Assembly (NCBI RefSeq): GCF_009914755.1
Contig: NC_060931.1
From: the human T2T-CHM13v2.0 reference genome, Homo sapiens
Reading direction: 5' to 3' (one strand)
Length of the DNA: 64,000 nucleotides
In this document: positions 63,650 through 64,000 of the stretch, piece after piece
How positions within the stretch are numbered: position 1 is the first letter of the stretch
How the letters are laid out: each line of letters begins with the position of its first letter
Position numbers and translations under genes: made by a program
Notes under the pieces: generated by a model
Told to the model about the DNA's origin: nothing
The model's input: the letters and a program-made list of their open reading frames with translations, nothing else
The model's database searches: none

Positions 63650-64000
63650 TTGGTTCAATACAAATTTACTCAACACCATTGATAAGGAATTATGCTAAGT
63701 GCTATATAGAATATAAAGTAAGTACAATAGAAAACCTGCATTCTGGTAAATTCCTTTTACATACAAATAATGCCAATGCAAATCACTATGAATAAGTGCT
63801 ACAGAAATGGCACAAATGGTCTTATGTTCATAAGAAGAAAAGTTACTTTTGGATGTGGTAATCAGGTAAAAGTTTGGAGGGAGGGGGTGCAATGAAGTGG
63901 GGCGGATGTGGATAAGCAGCACTTCAGTTGATCTAAGAAGGAAGTGGAGGCTTAAGGCAAAGGGATAGTGTGATATGGGGGTGGGAAAGTGACAGCATAC
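63650..64000 (-). mobile_element. L2 3' region
   Basis: TTCAATACAAATTTACTCAACACC...TATGCTAAGTGCT...ATAAGTGCTACAGAAA...ATCAGGTAAAAGTTTGGAGGGAGGGGG. Confidence 0.65.

Overview
This is AT-rich primate genomic DNA, most likely human or another great ape because it carries an AluY-lineage element. There is no CpG island and no recognisable intact protein-coding gene. The supplied ORFs are repeat-derived or chance ORFs, and only the L1 ORF2 remnants at 45915-46750 encode a recognisable protein. Much of the window is interspersed repeats: Alu, L1PA/PB/M, L2, MIR, MaLR/ERVL/ERV1 solo LTRs, and hAT and Tigger DNA transposons. The right end (about 59.1-63.1 kb) looks like the 3' UTR and poly(A) region of an unidentified minus-strand gene. 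Several isolated splice-site pairs could be lncRNA exons. I found no convincing novel multi-gene system. The most unusual features are structural. (1) A 5'-inverted (twin-primed) Alu sits in the tail of a 5'-inverted L1. (2) A 170-bp copy of a neighbouring MLT1C is inserted into an L2, 1.6 kb from its source. (3) An ERV1 solo LTR is followed by a consensus splice donor. (4) A perfect 25-bp-arm AT palindrome lies in a TA-rich tract. (5) An old L1 has its 5' UTR fused directly to mid-ORF2. Repeat family names come from recalled consensus sequences, not a database search, so subfamily labels and the boundaries of old repeats are approximate.
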